This document shows, piece after piece, positions 1-9,725 of a stretch of 64,000 bases of DNA. How positions within the stretch are numbered: the first letter of the stretch is position 1; every line of letters begins with the position of its first letter. The position numbers and the translations under genes are program-made. The stretch spans positions 8,074 to 72,073 of the forward strand of contig CAZQQX010000001.1 in assembly GCA_964595565.1 (NCBI GenBank), given 5' to 3'. The stretch comes from an uncultured Actinomycetota bacterium. Its GTDB lineage: Bacteria; Actinomycetota; Humimicrobiia; Humimicrobiales; Humimicrobiaceae. The notes below the pieces were generated by a model. The model was given only the letters and a program-made list of their open reading frames with translations, was not told the origin of the DNA and ran no database searches.

Positions 1-2
1 AA

Positions 3-251
3 AATCCCGGGCCCGTGTTTTTAACCAGGGACTGTGTTATATATAATTTTTCTTACCTGTCAGAGGGAAAGCATATCAGGTTAAAACTCAAGCAAGATGG
101 GATAATAATAGATGCAATGTTATTCGGAGCGGATGAAAGGATAAAAGAAAAAATATTAAAAAACAATAAAATCAGTATTTTATATAGAATTGAGGAAAAT
201 AACCGGGGGAATTTTGGAACTATAAGGCTTGTTATTATTGACTTATTTTAG
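3..251 (+). CDS. recJ: ssDNA-specific exonuclease RecJ, C-terminal fragment (5' end outside window)
   Basis: The frame is open from the window edge: NPGPVF...EGKHIRLKL...DAMLFG...YRIEEN...IRLVIIDL, typical of the RecJ C-terminal OB region. It lies directly upstream of relA. Confidence 0.7.
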   Translation, partial: NPGPVFLTRDCVIYNFSYLSEGKHIRLKLKQDGIIIDAMLFGADERIKEKILKNNKISILYRIEENNRGNFGTIRLVIIDLF

Positions 252-310
252 AGAATTAGAAAATGTTTTATAATAATGTTTATAAATTTAAATAATTAAT
301 AAAAATTTCG

Positions 311-2527
311 GTGAAAATGGGCTTAAAAGTAAATAGCAAATCAAAAAATATAAATACGGACCTCATATATAAGAAATTAATAAACAGGATAAAATCTTAT
401 AATCCTGATGTGGATGAGGAGCTGCTGAATAAGGCCTACCAGACGTCAAAGAAATATCATAAGAACCAGTACAGGAAATCAGGTGAACCTTACATAGTTC
501 ATCCGCTTGAGGTTGCGGGAATACTTGCTGATATTGAACTGGACCAGGTTTCTATTGTTTCAGCAATTTTACACGATGTTATAGAGGATACGGATTACAG
601 CCTGGAAATGGCCAGAAAGGAATTTGGACAGAAAATTGCCAATATCATAAACGGGGTAACAAAATTAGATAAAATTGTTTTTGACAGCAAGGAAGAACAG
701 CAGGTAAACAATATAAGAAAAATGATAATTGCTATGTCTGAAGATGTCAGGATAATACTTGTAAAGCTTGCCGACCGCCTTCACAATATGAGAACACTGC
801 ATTTTCTGGATGAAGAGAAGAGAAAGAAAAATTCTATAGAAACCCTTGAAGTCTATGCTCCTATCGCTCACAGGCTTGGTATTTACCAGATAAAATCAGA
901 GCTGGAGGATTTGAGTTTTGAATATCTTTATCCAAGGGAATATTTAAAAATAAAAAATATGTTTGATGAAAAGCTGGAAGAGAGAAAGCTGCTTATAAAA
1001 GAGGCCATAAAGATAGTAAATAAAAAGTTAAAAGAGGTAAATATCTCTGTGGACATAAGCGGAAGAATAAAAACTTATTACAGCGTATATAATAAAATTA
1101 CCAGGCAGAATAGAAAGTTTGAAGATATATACGATATAATAGCAATAAGGATTATAGTTAATGATGTAAAGAGCTGCTATGCAGTGCTGGGAATAATACA
1201 CTCATTGTGGAAACCGGTTCCGGGAAGGTTCAAAGATTTTATCGCAAATCCCAAGTTTAACATGTACCAATCTCTTCATACCACAGTCATGGGTTTAAAG
1301 GGTAAACCTATTGAGATACAGATAAGAACTTTTGAAATGCATAAATTTGCAGAGTATGGTATTGCGGCCCATTATAAGTATAAGGAAGGCAATATAAAAA
1401 AGTTGAGCGATTTTGATAAAAGGGTTGCATGGATAAGGCAACTGCTGGACTGGCAGAAAGAGCTGAAGGACCCCCGTGACTATATGGAGTCTCTGAAACT
1501 TGATTTATTTGAAGAAGAAGTTTTTGTGTTTACCCCTAAGGGAAAAGTTATAAATCTACCGAGGGGAGCCACTACTATAGACTTTGCCTATCAGATACAT
1601 ACCGATATCGGGCATAATATCATAGGTGCAAAGATAAATGGCAGGATGGTTCCCATAGAAACCATTCTTGAGAATGGTGATATAGTGGAAATAATTGTAT
1701 CAAGAAATAAGAAAGGTCCCAGCAGGGACTGGCTTAATATAGTAAAAACTTCCCGGGCGCGAAATAAAATAAAACAATGGTTCAGCAAAGAGCAAAGACA
1801 GGAAACATATAATGCAGGCAGAGATATAATGTTGAAGGTTTTAAGGAAGAACAGCCTTTCTTTCAAGAGTGTCCCCATGGAAGTTTTTGATGAAGTTGCG
1901 GGGGAAATGAACTTCGAAAAGGTGGACAGTCTTTTCAGGAACATTGGTTCACGCAGAGTGTCGGCACATCAGGTTTTTACCAGAATAGTAAAGAAACTGA
2001 ATCAGAAAGAAACAGAGAAAGAATTAACCATTGAAGACATTCACAGGAAAGAACTGCAGGGAAAGGAAAGTACAGGGATAAGGGTCAGGGGAATGGAAAA
2101 AGTACTGGTGACCATAGCAAAATGCTGTAATCCTGTGCCGGGAGATAAGATAGTAGGATACATAACAAGAGGAAAGGGTATCTCTGTCCACAGGGCTGAC
2201 TGCACAAATATAAGCACCCTGATGAATATCGAAAAGCAAAGATTTATAGAAGTTGAATGGGATAAGAAAGCTCCATATAAATTTAATTCCGAAATACAGA
2301 TTGAAGCGCTTGACAGGACTAAATTGCTTCGTGACATAACAAATGTTATTAGTGAATATGATTTAAATATAGTAAGTGCCAACACTCTGAGGGTTAATAA
2401 AAGCGGACATATCAAATTCAGGTTTTTAATAGAGATTAATAATAAATATATATTAAAAGATGTTATTAATAACCTGAAACAGGTAGATTCAGTTTATGAC
2501 GCTTACAGGGTTTTGCCCAGAAAGTAG
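311..2527 (+). CDS. relA: Bifunctional (p)ppGpp synthetase/hydrolase (long RSH)
   Basis: RKSGEPYIVHP, LHDVIEDT (HD hydrolase), KLADRLHNMRTL, GRFKDFIANPKFNMYQSLHT, TGS domain (VFVFTPKG) and a C-terminal ACT/RRM region. Confidence 0.97.
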   Translation: MKMGLKVNSKSKNINTDLIYKKLINRIKSYNPDVDEELLNKAYQTSKKYHKNQYRKSGEPYIVHPLEVAGILADIELDQVSIVSAILHDVIEDTDYSLEMARKEFGQKIANIINGVTKLDKIVFDSKEEQQVNNIRKMIIAMSEDVRIILVKLADRLHNMRTLHFLDEEKRKKNSIETLEVYAPIAHRLGIYQIKSELEDLSFEYLYPREYLKIKNMFDEKLEERKLLIKEAIKIVNKKLKEVNISVDISGRIKTYYSVYNKITRQNRKFEDIYDIIAIRIIVNDVKSCYAVLGIIHSLWKPVPGRFKDFIANPKFNMYQSLHTTVMGLKGKPIEIQIRTFEMHKFAEYGIAAHYKYKEGNIKKLSDFDKRVAWIRQLLDWQKELKDPRDYMESLKLDLFEEEVFVFTPKGKVINLPRGATTIDFAYQIHTDIGHNIIGAKINGRMVPIETILENGDIVEIIVSRNKKGPSRDWLNIVKTSRARNKIKQWFSKEQRQETYNAGRDIMLKVLRKNSLSFKSVPMEVFDEVAGEMNFEKVDSLFRNIGSRRVSAHQVFTRIVKKLNQKETEKELTIEDIHRKELQGKESTGIRVRGMEKVLVTIAKCCNPVPGDKIVGYITRGKGISVHRADCTNISTLMNIEKQRFIEVEWDKKAPYKFNSEIQIEALDRTKLLRDITNVISEYDLNIVSANTLRVNKSGHIKFRFLIEINNKYILKDVINNLKQVDSVYDAYRVLPRK

Positions 2528-2536
2528 AAAGTTGCA

Positions 2537-3172
2537 TTGATTTTAAAAAGATTGGAGTTAGGGGTTTTAAAAGCTAACTGTTATATTTTATCACTGGATT
2601 CTGCAAATGTGATAGTAGACCCGGGCGGAGATTTTGAAACTATAAAAAAAAATCTTAACTATTACAATATAAAACCTGATTTTATATTAAATACCCACGG
2701 TCATTGCGATCATATTGGAGCCGTTGATGATATAATTGGATATTACAATATTCCTTTTTACATACATGAGTTTGAGGAACAAATTATAACAGACCCCGGG
2801 AAGAATCTTTCTTCATTTTTTGGAAGAAATGAATTATCATTAAAAACTTATGATTTAATAAAAGATTCGGATTATAAGTATTTTAAGAATCTGGGTATTG
2901 AAATTATAAATGTCCCGGGTCATACGCCCGGAAGTGTAATGTTTAAAATAGATAATTTTCTTTTAACCGGAGATTTAATTTTTAGAGGCGCAGTGGGAAG
3001 GATAGATTTACCGGGAGGAGATATACGGCAGATAAGAGATTCACTAAGAAAATTAAAAAAAATGGACGGGAGTCTGACAATATATCCGGGTCATGGCGAA
3101 GAAAGTACTATTGAATACGAAATAAAAACAAATTATTATCTTAAGGATAAGTTTTTAGGTGAAAAAAATTAA
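2537..3172 (+). CDS. MBL-fold metallo-hydrolase (glyoxalase II/YcbL-like)
   Basis: THGHCDHIG (HxHxDH), PGHTPGS, TGDLIF and PGHG motifs. It occupies the usual position between relA and hisS. Confidence 0.9.
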   Translation: MILKRLELGVLKANCYILSLDSANVIVDPGGDFETIKKNLNYYNIKPDFILNTHGHCDHIGAVDDIIGYYNIPFYIHEFEEQIITDPGKNLSSFFGRNELSLKTYDLIKDSDYKYFKNLGIEIINVPGHTPGSVMFKIDNFLLTGDLIFRGAVGRIDLPGGDIRQIRDSLRKLKKMDGSLTIYPGHGEESTIEYEIKTNYYLKDKFLGEKN

Positions 3173-3203
3173 AAATGAAATATTATTAAAAAGGTGATTT
3201 ATT

Positions 3204-4475
3204 TTGAAAATAAATTCTCCAAGAGGAACGGCAGATTTATATGGTGAGGATATAGATTACAGAAACTTTGTTATAGATACTGCCCGCCGGGTATTTAAGG
3301 TTTTTAACTATAAAGAAATAATAACTCCTGCTTTTGAATATACCTGGGTATTCAGTAGAAGCATAGGAGAAGTTACCGACATTGTTCAGAAGGAAATGTA
3401 TACGTTCCAGGATAAGAAGGGAAGGTCACTGACTCTGAGACCTGAAGGGACGGCATCTATAGCCAGAGCTGTAATAGAAAATAAAATGTTATTTGAAAAT
3501 CTTCCGTTAAAGGTCTTTTATATAGGTAATATGTTCAGGTATGAAAGGCCCCAGAAGGGCAGAATGAGAGAATTCTGGCAGCTGGGAGTAGAATCTATTG
3601 GAACCGATGACCCGCTTATAGATGCAGAGGTTATATGGATTTTGAATTCTTTTTTTGAGAAACTGGGATTTAAGAAGCTGGTACTCAAAATAAATAGTAT
3701 AGGATGCAGTGAATGCAGGGAAAAATTTCTTTTTGAGTTCAGAAAATATCTGAAGCCGGAGGTAGGTAAACTGTGCGCTGACTGTCAGAAGAGGTTTGGA
3801 AAGAATGCCCTCAGGATATTTGATTGTAAGAAAAGTGGCTGCAGGAGCGTATTAAAGAAAGCACCTTCAATTTTTTCTTATTTATGTCCTGGATGCAGGA
3901 AGAATTTTGAGGAGGTTTTAAAATATCTGGAAGCTCTTGATATAAATTACAGGATTGACCAGAGCCTTGTCCGGGGTTTTGACTATTACACAAGAACAAT
4001 TTTTGAAATAATATCAGAGGACCTCAAGAGTGCCCAGAATGCCCTGGGCGGTGGAGGAAGATATGATAATCTACTGAAACAGCTGGGTGGGCCGGATTTA
4101 CCGGCAACAGGGTTTGCAGTTGGAATTGACCGGACAATTATGCTGATGAAACAGCTAAATTTAAAGATTAAGAAAAATGAAGAAAAGGCAAGAATTTATT
4201 TAATAGCCATGGATAAGAATTGCAAACTTTATTCTTTAGATATTTTAAGGTATCTGAGGGAAGAGAAATTTCTATGCGATATAAATTTTAATAAACGAAG
4301 TTTGAAGAAAGAGATAAAATGGGCTGGCGAGAATGATTATGATTTTATTCTCATAATTGGAGAAGATGAAATTAAAAACGGCTCTATTACTATAAAAGAT
4401 ATTAAAAAATACAGGCAATACCAGGTTAACTGGGAGAATGAAAAGGAAAAAATAAAAAAGATTATAGGAGCTTGA
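3204..4475 (+). CDS. hisS: Histidine--tRNA ligase
   Basis: PRGT, LTLRPEGTAS, FRYERPQKGRMREFWQLG, LVRGFDYYT and GGGRYDNL motifs; TTG start. Confidence 0.97.
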   Translation: MKINSPRGTADLYGEDIDYRNFVIDTARRVFKVFNYKEIITPAFEYTWVFSRSIGEVTDIVQKEMYTFQDKKGRSLTLRPEGTASIARAVIENKMLFENLPLKVFYIGNMFRYERPQKGRMREFWQLGVESIGTDDPLIDAEVIWILNSFFEKLGFKKLVLKINSIGCSECREKFLFEFRKYLKPEVGKLCADCQKRFGKNALRIFDCKKSGCRSVLKKAPSIFSYLCPGCRKNFEEVLKYLEALDINYRIDQSLVRGFDYYTRTIFEIISEDLKSAQNALGGGGRYDNLLKQLGGPDLPATGFAVGIDRTIMLMKQLNLKIKKNEEKARIYLIAMDKNCKLYSLDILRYLREEKFLCDINFNKRSLKKEIKWAGENDYDFILIIGEDEIKNGSITIKDIKKYRQYQVNWENEKEKIKKIIGA

Positions 4476-6274
4476 TTATGGTTAATTCTGTATTCAGTAC
4501 AGGCATGAGAACAGACCTGTGCGGAGAAATAGATAAAGAGTATGAAGGTGGAAAAGTTACTTTAAGCGGCTGGGTTAATAAAAGAAGGGACCACGGAAAG
4601 TTAATATTTGTAGACTTAAGAGATTTTTCAGGAGTGGTTCAGCTGATTTTTGATTCTAAAATAAATAATAATTCTTATTTGATGGCTAGGGAAATAAGGA
4701 ATGAGTATGTCATTAAAGTAACCGGTAAAGTTAGAATGAGGTCAAAAGATACGGTTAACATTTCTATATCAACAGGTGAAATAGAAATAGTTGTAGAGGA
4801 TGTAACTATTTTTAGCAGGTCAAAAACACCTCCCTTTATGATTGAAGATAGGAATAAAGTAGAAGAAAATGTCAGGCTGGAGTACAGATATATTGATTTA
4901 AGAGCAAAAAAAATGCAGGAGAATATAAGACTGAGGCACAAAATAACTGCTGCTACACGTGATTATTTTAATTCCAGGGGATTTTTGGAAATAGAAACCC
5001 CTGTACTGGGAAAAAGCACTCCTGAAGGAGCGCGGGATTTTCTGGTACCTTCGAGATTGAATCCCGGCAAGTTTTATGCTTTACCCCAGTCCCCGCAGCT
5101 ATTTAAACAGATACTTATGTTTTCTGGTTTTGACAGGTGTTACCAGATTGCAAGATGTTTCAGGGATGAAGATTTAAGGGCGGACAGGCAGCCTGAATTC
5201 ACGCAGATAGATTTAGAGATGACTTTTGTAGAGGTGGAAGACGTAATAAGGATGATAGAAGGTTTATTTAATTATTTATTCAAAACGGTATTTGGAAAAG
5301 AAATAGAACCTTATTTTAAAAGAATAACATGGAAAAATAGTATGGAAATTTATGGGACAGATAAGCCCGATTTAAGATTTGGCCTTAATATAAAAGATAT
5401 CTCAGAAATATTTAAAAAAAGTGGCCTGAAGATTTTCAGTAAAACGTTAAAAAATAATGACGGCTTCATAAAAGGTATAGTAATTGATGACTGTTCTGCT
5501 CTTACCAGAAAGGATATTGATGATATTGTAGAGATGGCAAAAAAGAGCGGGGCAGGAGGGCTGATATGGATTAAAATTGGCAAAAATCTGGATTTCCAGT
5601 CACCGATAGCAAAGTTTCTTTCTGAAAAAGAAAAAAAAGATTTAATTAAAACTTTAAGCTTAAAGGAAAATAATCTACTACTGATAGTCGCTGATAAATA
5701 CATGGTTACATGCAGGAGTCTCGGTATTATAAGAAATCATGTTGCACATAAGCTAAAATTAGTGGATGAAGACAGGTTCAATTTTATATGGGTTTATGAC
5801 TTTCCACTATTTGAATGGGACGATAGAGAGAATAGGATAAGTCCCGTTCATCATCCATTTACAAAACCCGATGATAATACAGCAGGTTATCTTGATAAAG
5901 ACCCTTTAAAAGTGAAATCGGAAGCCTATGATATCGTATTAAACGGGGAAGAAATAGGAGGGGGCTCTATAAGAATAAATGATACGAATTTACAGAAAAA
6001 GATTTTTAAAATACTTCAGATAGATGAAAACAGAGTGGAGGAGAATTTCGGGTTTTTTGTCAGGGCAATGGAACACGGTATTCCGCCACATGGAGGTATT
6101 GCCCTGGGAATGGACAGGCTGGTTATGCTTTTGGGAAAACTTGACAGCATCAGGGAGGTTATAGCGTTTCCCAAGACGCAGTCAGCAGTATGCATGCTTA
6201 CAGGTTCACCTTCTGTTGTCAGCGAGGAACAGCTAAGAGAAGTTCATATTAACATTATGGAGGAAGAAAAATAA
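4472..6274 (+). CDS. aspS: Aspartate--tRNA ligase (bacterial type, GAD domain; possibly Asp/Asn non-discriminating)
   Basis: RRDHGKLIFVDLRD, STPEGARDFLVPSR, LPQSPQLFKQ, CFRDEDLRADRQPEFTQID and PPHGGIALG motifs. Confidence 0.97.
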   Translation: MIMVNSVFSTGMRTDLCGEIDKEYEGGKVTLSGWVNKRRDHGKLIFVDLRDFSGVVQLIFDSKINNNSYLMAREIRNEYVIKVTGKVRMRSKDTVNISISTGEIEIVVEDVTIFSRSKTPPFMIEDRNKVEENVRLEYRYIDLRAKKMQENIRLRHKITAATRDYFNSRGFLEIETPVLGKSTPEGARDFLVPSRLNPGKFYALPQSPQLFKQILMFSGFDRCYQIARCFRDEDLRADRQPEFTQIDLEMTFVEVEDVIRMIEGLFNYLFKTVFGKEIEPYFKRITWKNSMEIYGTDKPDLRFGLNIKDISEIFKKSGLKIFSKTLKNNDGFIKGIVIDDCSALTRKDIDDIVEMAKKSGAGGLIWIKIGKNLDFQSPIAKFLSEKEKKDLIKTLSLKENNLLLIVADKYMVTCRSLGIIRNHVAHKLKLVDEDRFNFIWVYDFPLFEWDDRENRISPVHHPFTKPDDNTAGYLDKDPLKVKSEAYDIVLNGEEIGGGSIRINDTNLQKKIFKILQIDENRVEENFGFFVRAMEHGIPPHGGIALGMDRLVMLLGKLDSIREVIAFPKTQSAVCMLTGSPSVVSEEQLREVHINIMEEEK

Positions 6275-6312
6275 AGAAAATAAGTATAGCTGTAGTGTTA
6301 ATTTGTGATTTA

Positions 6313-6341
6313 TTGAATAAACTTTTTAATTATGATAACAT
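6313..6341 (+). promoter_or_regulatory. sigma70/sigmaA-type promoter of the 6S RNA
   Basis: TTGAAT (6313-6318), 17-nt spacer, then TGn-TAACAT (6333-6341). The predicted start at ~6347 coincides with the 5' end of the 6S stem. Confidence 0.7.
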
Positions 6342-6346
6342 CATGC

Positions 6347-6535
6347 CGGGTACTCTGTTTATTTCGTAACTAAAGTTTAATTTTTGTGCCAACAAATTTA
6401 CATTGGAAGCCCGGGCTTTGATTGTAGCATAAATGCCCGCTTTAAGCGGGACTTATAAAACAGTCAGGAGGGCATCCACCTGCAGAGCGCAGGGCGCAAA
6501 AAACTTCCTGTAGTTACGAGTAAATGGAGTATCCG
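6347..6535 (+). ncRNA. ssrS: 6S RNA
   Basis: 189-nt rod. The 5' CGGGTACTC pairs with 3' GAGTATCCG, TTTATTTCGTAACTA with TAGTTACGAGTAAA, AAGTTT with AAACTT, and TTTTTGTGCC with GGCGCAAAAA. There is a central A-rich bubble and the GAGGGCATCCACCTG motif typical of Firmicutes-type 6S. The position downstream of aspS is a known 6S locus. Confidence 0.85.
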
Positions 6536-6582
6536 TTTTGTTTAAAATATTGATAGTTTCTGAGTTTTAAAATTTAATTCTT

Positions 6583-9267
6583 ATGGATGTAAGAGAAACT
6601 TTTATAGAATATTTTGAAAAAAAAGGCCATATGGTATTAGCATCCTCGGGCCTTATACCGCATAACGACAGGAGTGTACTCCTGACTACGGCAGGGATGC
6701 AGCAGTTTAAACCATACTTTCTTGGTATAAAAAACCCACCTTCAAAAAGAATTACCACAGTTCAGAAATGTTTCAGAACCAGTGATATAGACAGTGTTGG
6801 TTACACAGATAAACATCTTACTTTTTTTGAAATGCTGGGTAATTTTTCTTTTGGTGATTATTTTAAAAAGGAAGCGATAAATTATTCTCTTGATTTTCTT
6901 TTAAATGAATTAAAAATTCCTGCAGACAGGTTAAAAGTAGCAGTTTTTAAGGGGAACAAAGATATACCTGCTGATTTAGAATCGGTTAAATACTGGAAAG
7001 AGTCCGGAATAACCGGTGATAAAATATACAGGTTCGGTAAGGATGACAACTTCTGGGGTCCTGCAGGAGATACCGGACCCTGTGGTCCCTGTTCAGAGAT
7101 ATATTATGATTTCGGGGAGGAATATGGCTGTGGTAAAAAAACCTGCAGTCCTAAATGTGACTGTAATAGATTTCTTGAAATCTGGAATCTTGTTTTTACA
7201 CAGTATAATTATGACGGTAAAAATTATAAAGAGCTCCCGCAAAAAAATATAGATACCGGCATGGGACTGGAAAGAATTATGGCTGTTCTTGAGGGAGTTC
7301 CTTCTGTTTTTAAAACATCTTTATTTGTAGAAATAATAAGAAAAATAGAAGAATTATCTGATAAAAACAGCAGGGTAAACAAACCGGAATTTGATAGAAG
7401 CCTGAGAATAATAGCGGATCACATAAGGGCCATATATTTCTTAATTTCTGATGGAGTGGTACCTTCAAATGAGAAGAGAGGCTATATTCTGAGGAGGATA
7501 ATAAGAAGATGTATCAGGTTCGGCAGATTGATAGGAATAAATGATTATTTTTTAAATGATATAGGTGAAGTAGTTATAAATAAGTATTCAAAATGGTATC
7601 CGGAACTTCTGGAGAAAAAAAATTTTTCTTTTAAAATGGTAAGTGATGAAGAAAAGAGATTTACAAGAACCTTAAAGGAGGGTAATAAGGTTTTAATCCA
7701 GAAAGTTAAGGAAATAAAGAAAGCCAAAGGAAAATACATCAATCCCGGTGATGCGTTCAGGTTATATGATACATACGGGTTTCCGGTTGAGCTTACAGGA
7801 GAAATATTATCTGAGAATAAAATAAAAATTGATTTAAATAAATTTAACCGGTATTTAAAAGAGCATACAAAAAAATCAAAGAGTAAGGGTTCGTCCGGCG
7901 TTAAATTGAATAAAGACATAGAGCTATATGGCCCTTTAAGTAAAGAGATGAAAGTAGAATTTTTAGGATATAACAGGAGTAACCTCAGTACCGTAATTGA
8001 AAAAATAATAAAAACTGACGGTGACGGCAACAAAAAATTTGCTTCACAGCTAATTGAGGCCGAGGAAGGTGAAATAATTTTAAGGGAGACTCCCTTTTAC
8101 GGAGAAATGGGGGGGCAGGTCGGTGATAGGGGCAGTATAAGAAAAGATAATAATATATTTAAGGTTACAGGCTGTTTTATACCTGTAGAGGGGATTTATA
8201 CTCATAAAGGTAGTATTAAAAAAGGTAAATTGAAAGTGGGAGATGGAATAATAGCAGAGGTTGATAGTAAATTCAAAAAAAATGTAAGCAGAAACCATAC
8301 CGCAACCCATATTCTTCACTGGGCCCTGAAAAGCATATATGGTAATGAAGTAAAACAGGCCGGTTCTTTTGTTGGAGAAGATAGATTTAGATTTGATTAT
8401 TCCATCTACAATGCCCCATCAGAAAGCGATATTAAAAAAATAGAAGCCATGGTAAATGAAAAGATACAGAAAGATGAACCTGTAAGGTGTTATGAGACTA
8501 CCAGGGAATATGCAGGGGAGATAGGCGCGATAGCCTTATTTGATGAAAAATATGGAAGGTTTGTAAGGGTGGTTGAAATAAATAATTACAGCAGGGAGCT
8601 CTGCGGGGGCATTCATGTAGGAAGGACCGGTGAAATCGGTTTATTTAAGATTATTTCTGATTCAGGTACGGGGGCCAATTTAAGAAGAATAGAGGCACTG
8701 ACCGGCATACACGCTTACAGATATCTTGAGAAAAAAGACGAGATACTGAATAAAATTTCGGCCGGTCTTGAAGTTAAAGATAGCCGGATACCGGAAGCTA
8801 TTGAAAAGTTGAAAGATAACATAAAGAAAAGGGAAAATGAGTTATTATTGCTTAAAATGAAAGTTGCAAAAAGGGAAATAATAAAAAAGTCAGGATTCAA
8901 GCCTTCGGATACCGGTTTAAAGATAATTGATTATGATTTTTCAGACTCTGATTTATTATACGATATGGAGATAAGTGGTATAGGAAAAGTAGGAGACTGG
9001 ATCATAGATTATTTCAAGGGATTAAATACTTTTTTAATTTTTGGAAGCAGAGTGGATAATAAATCTGTTTTAATACTAAATTCAACAGCAGATCTGTCAG
9101 CCAGAGGAGTAGACTGCGGTAAAATTGCCGGCGAGATTGGTAAACAGTTGGAAGGTGGCGGAGGAGGAAAGCCTAAGTATGCACAGATGGGTTTTTCCGA
9201 TAGGAATACAGGAAAAGCCATCAAGCTGGTAAGGGACAGAGTTCTGGGCATATTAAAAGATAAATAA
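6583..9267 (+). CDS. alaS: Alanine--tRNA ligase
   Basis: LLTTAGMQQFK, HLTFFEMLGNFSFGDYFK, IDTGMGLERI, editing domain HTATH...ELCGGIH and C-terminal GGGGGKP. Confidence 0.97.
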   Translation: MDVRETFIEYFEKKGHMVLASSGLIPHNDRSVLLTTAGMQQFKPYFLGIKNPPSKRITTVQKCFRTSDIDSVGYTDKHLTFFEMLGNFSFGDYFKKEAINYSLDFLLNELKIPADRLKVAVFKGNKDIPADLESVKYWKESGITGDKIYRFGKDDNFWGPAGDTGPCGPCSEIYYDFGEEYGCGKKTCSPKCDCNRFLEIWNLVFTQYNYDGKNYKELPQKNIDTGMGLERIMAVLEGVPSVFKTSLFVEIIRKIEELSDKNSRVNKPEFDRSLRIIADHIRAIYFLISDGVVPSNEKRGYILRRIIRRCIRFGRLIGINDYFLNDIGEVVINKYSKWYPELLEKKNFSFKMVSDEEKRFTRTLKEGNKVLIQKVKEIKKAKGKYINPGDAFRLYDTYGFPVELTGEILSENKIKIDLNKFNRYLKEHTKKSKSKGSSGVKLNKDIELYGPLSKEMKVEFLGYNRSNLSTVIEKIIKTDGDGNKKFASQLIEAEEGEIILRETPFYGEMGGQVGDRGSIRKDNNIFKVTGCFIPVEGIYTHKGSIKKGKLKVGDGIIAEVDSKFKKNVSRNHTATHILHWALKSIYGNEVKQAGSFVGEDRFRFDYSIYNAPSESDIKKIEAMVNEKIQKDEPVRCYETTREYAGEIGAIALFDEKYGRFVRVVEINNYSRELCGGIHVGRTGEIGLFKIISDSGTGANLRRIEALTGIHAYRYLEKKDEILNKISAGLEVKDSRIPEAIEKLKDNIKKRENELLLLKMKVAKREIIKKSGFKPSDTGLKIIDYDFSDSDLLYDMEISGIGKVGDWIIDYFKGLNTFLIFGSRVDNKSVLILNSTADLSARGVDCGKIAGEIGKQLEGGGGGKPKYAQMGFSDRNTGKAIKLVRDRVLGILKDK

Positions 9268-9272
9268 AAAAT

Positions 9273-9671
9273 ATGAGAATCCTTGGACTGGATATTGGAG
9301 ATAAGAGAATAGGTGTTGCCGTATCAGATGAAATGGAGATTCTATCAACACCCCTTGAAGTGATAGAAAATGATGAAAAAATAGAAGAAGAGCTTAAAGA
9401 AGTTATAAATAAATACAATATAAAGAAAATAATTGTGGGGATACCGTATACACTTAAAGGTGAAGTCGGGAGCCAGGCTAAAAAGGTTATTAGTTTTATT
9501 GAAAATGTAGTGGTAAAAATGGGAATTGAAATTGATTATATTGATGAGAGGTACACCACAAAAATACCGTTAAGAAATTTTAATAAATATAATAAAAATA
9601 ATAAAAAAAAACAGATTGATAAATACTCGGCGTGTATAATACTTGAGGATTATCTGAGCAGAAATAAATAG
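9273..9671 (+). CDS. ruvX: Pre-16S rRNA nuclease / Holliday junction resolvase-like YqgF
   Basis: ILGLDIGDKRIGVAVSD, DERYTT and IDKYSACIILEDYL; alaS-ruvX-mltG synteny. Confidence 0.93.
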   Translation: MRILGLDIGDKRIGVAVSDEMEILSTPLEVIENDEKIEEELKEVINKYNIKKIIVGIPYTLKGEVGSQAKKVISFIENVVVKMGIEIDYIDERYTTKIPLRNFNKYNKNNKKKQIDKYSACIILEDYLSRNK

Positions 9672-9725
9672 GATAACAGGTAAAAAATATTAAGTGCAGT
9701 GAATAAAAGTGGGATTAAATAAAAA

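Noticed and set aside
3690-3910. Eight-cysteine cluster in the HisS insertion domain
   Set aside because: This pattern is common in HisRS from anaerobic Gram-positive bacteria and is not novel.
6347-6582. Possible T-box leader for alaS
   Set aside because: There is no T-box antiterminator consensus (UGGNACC) and no terminator. End-to-end pairing and length fit 6S RNA instead.
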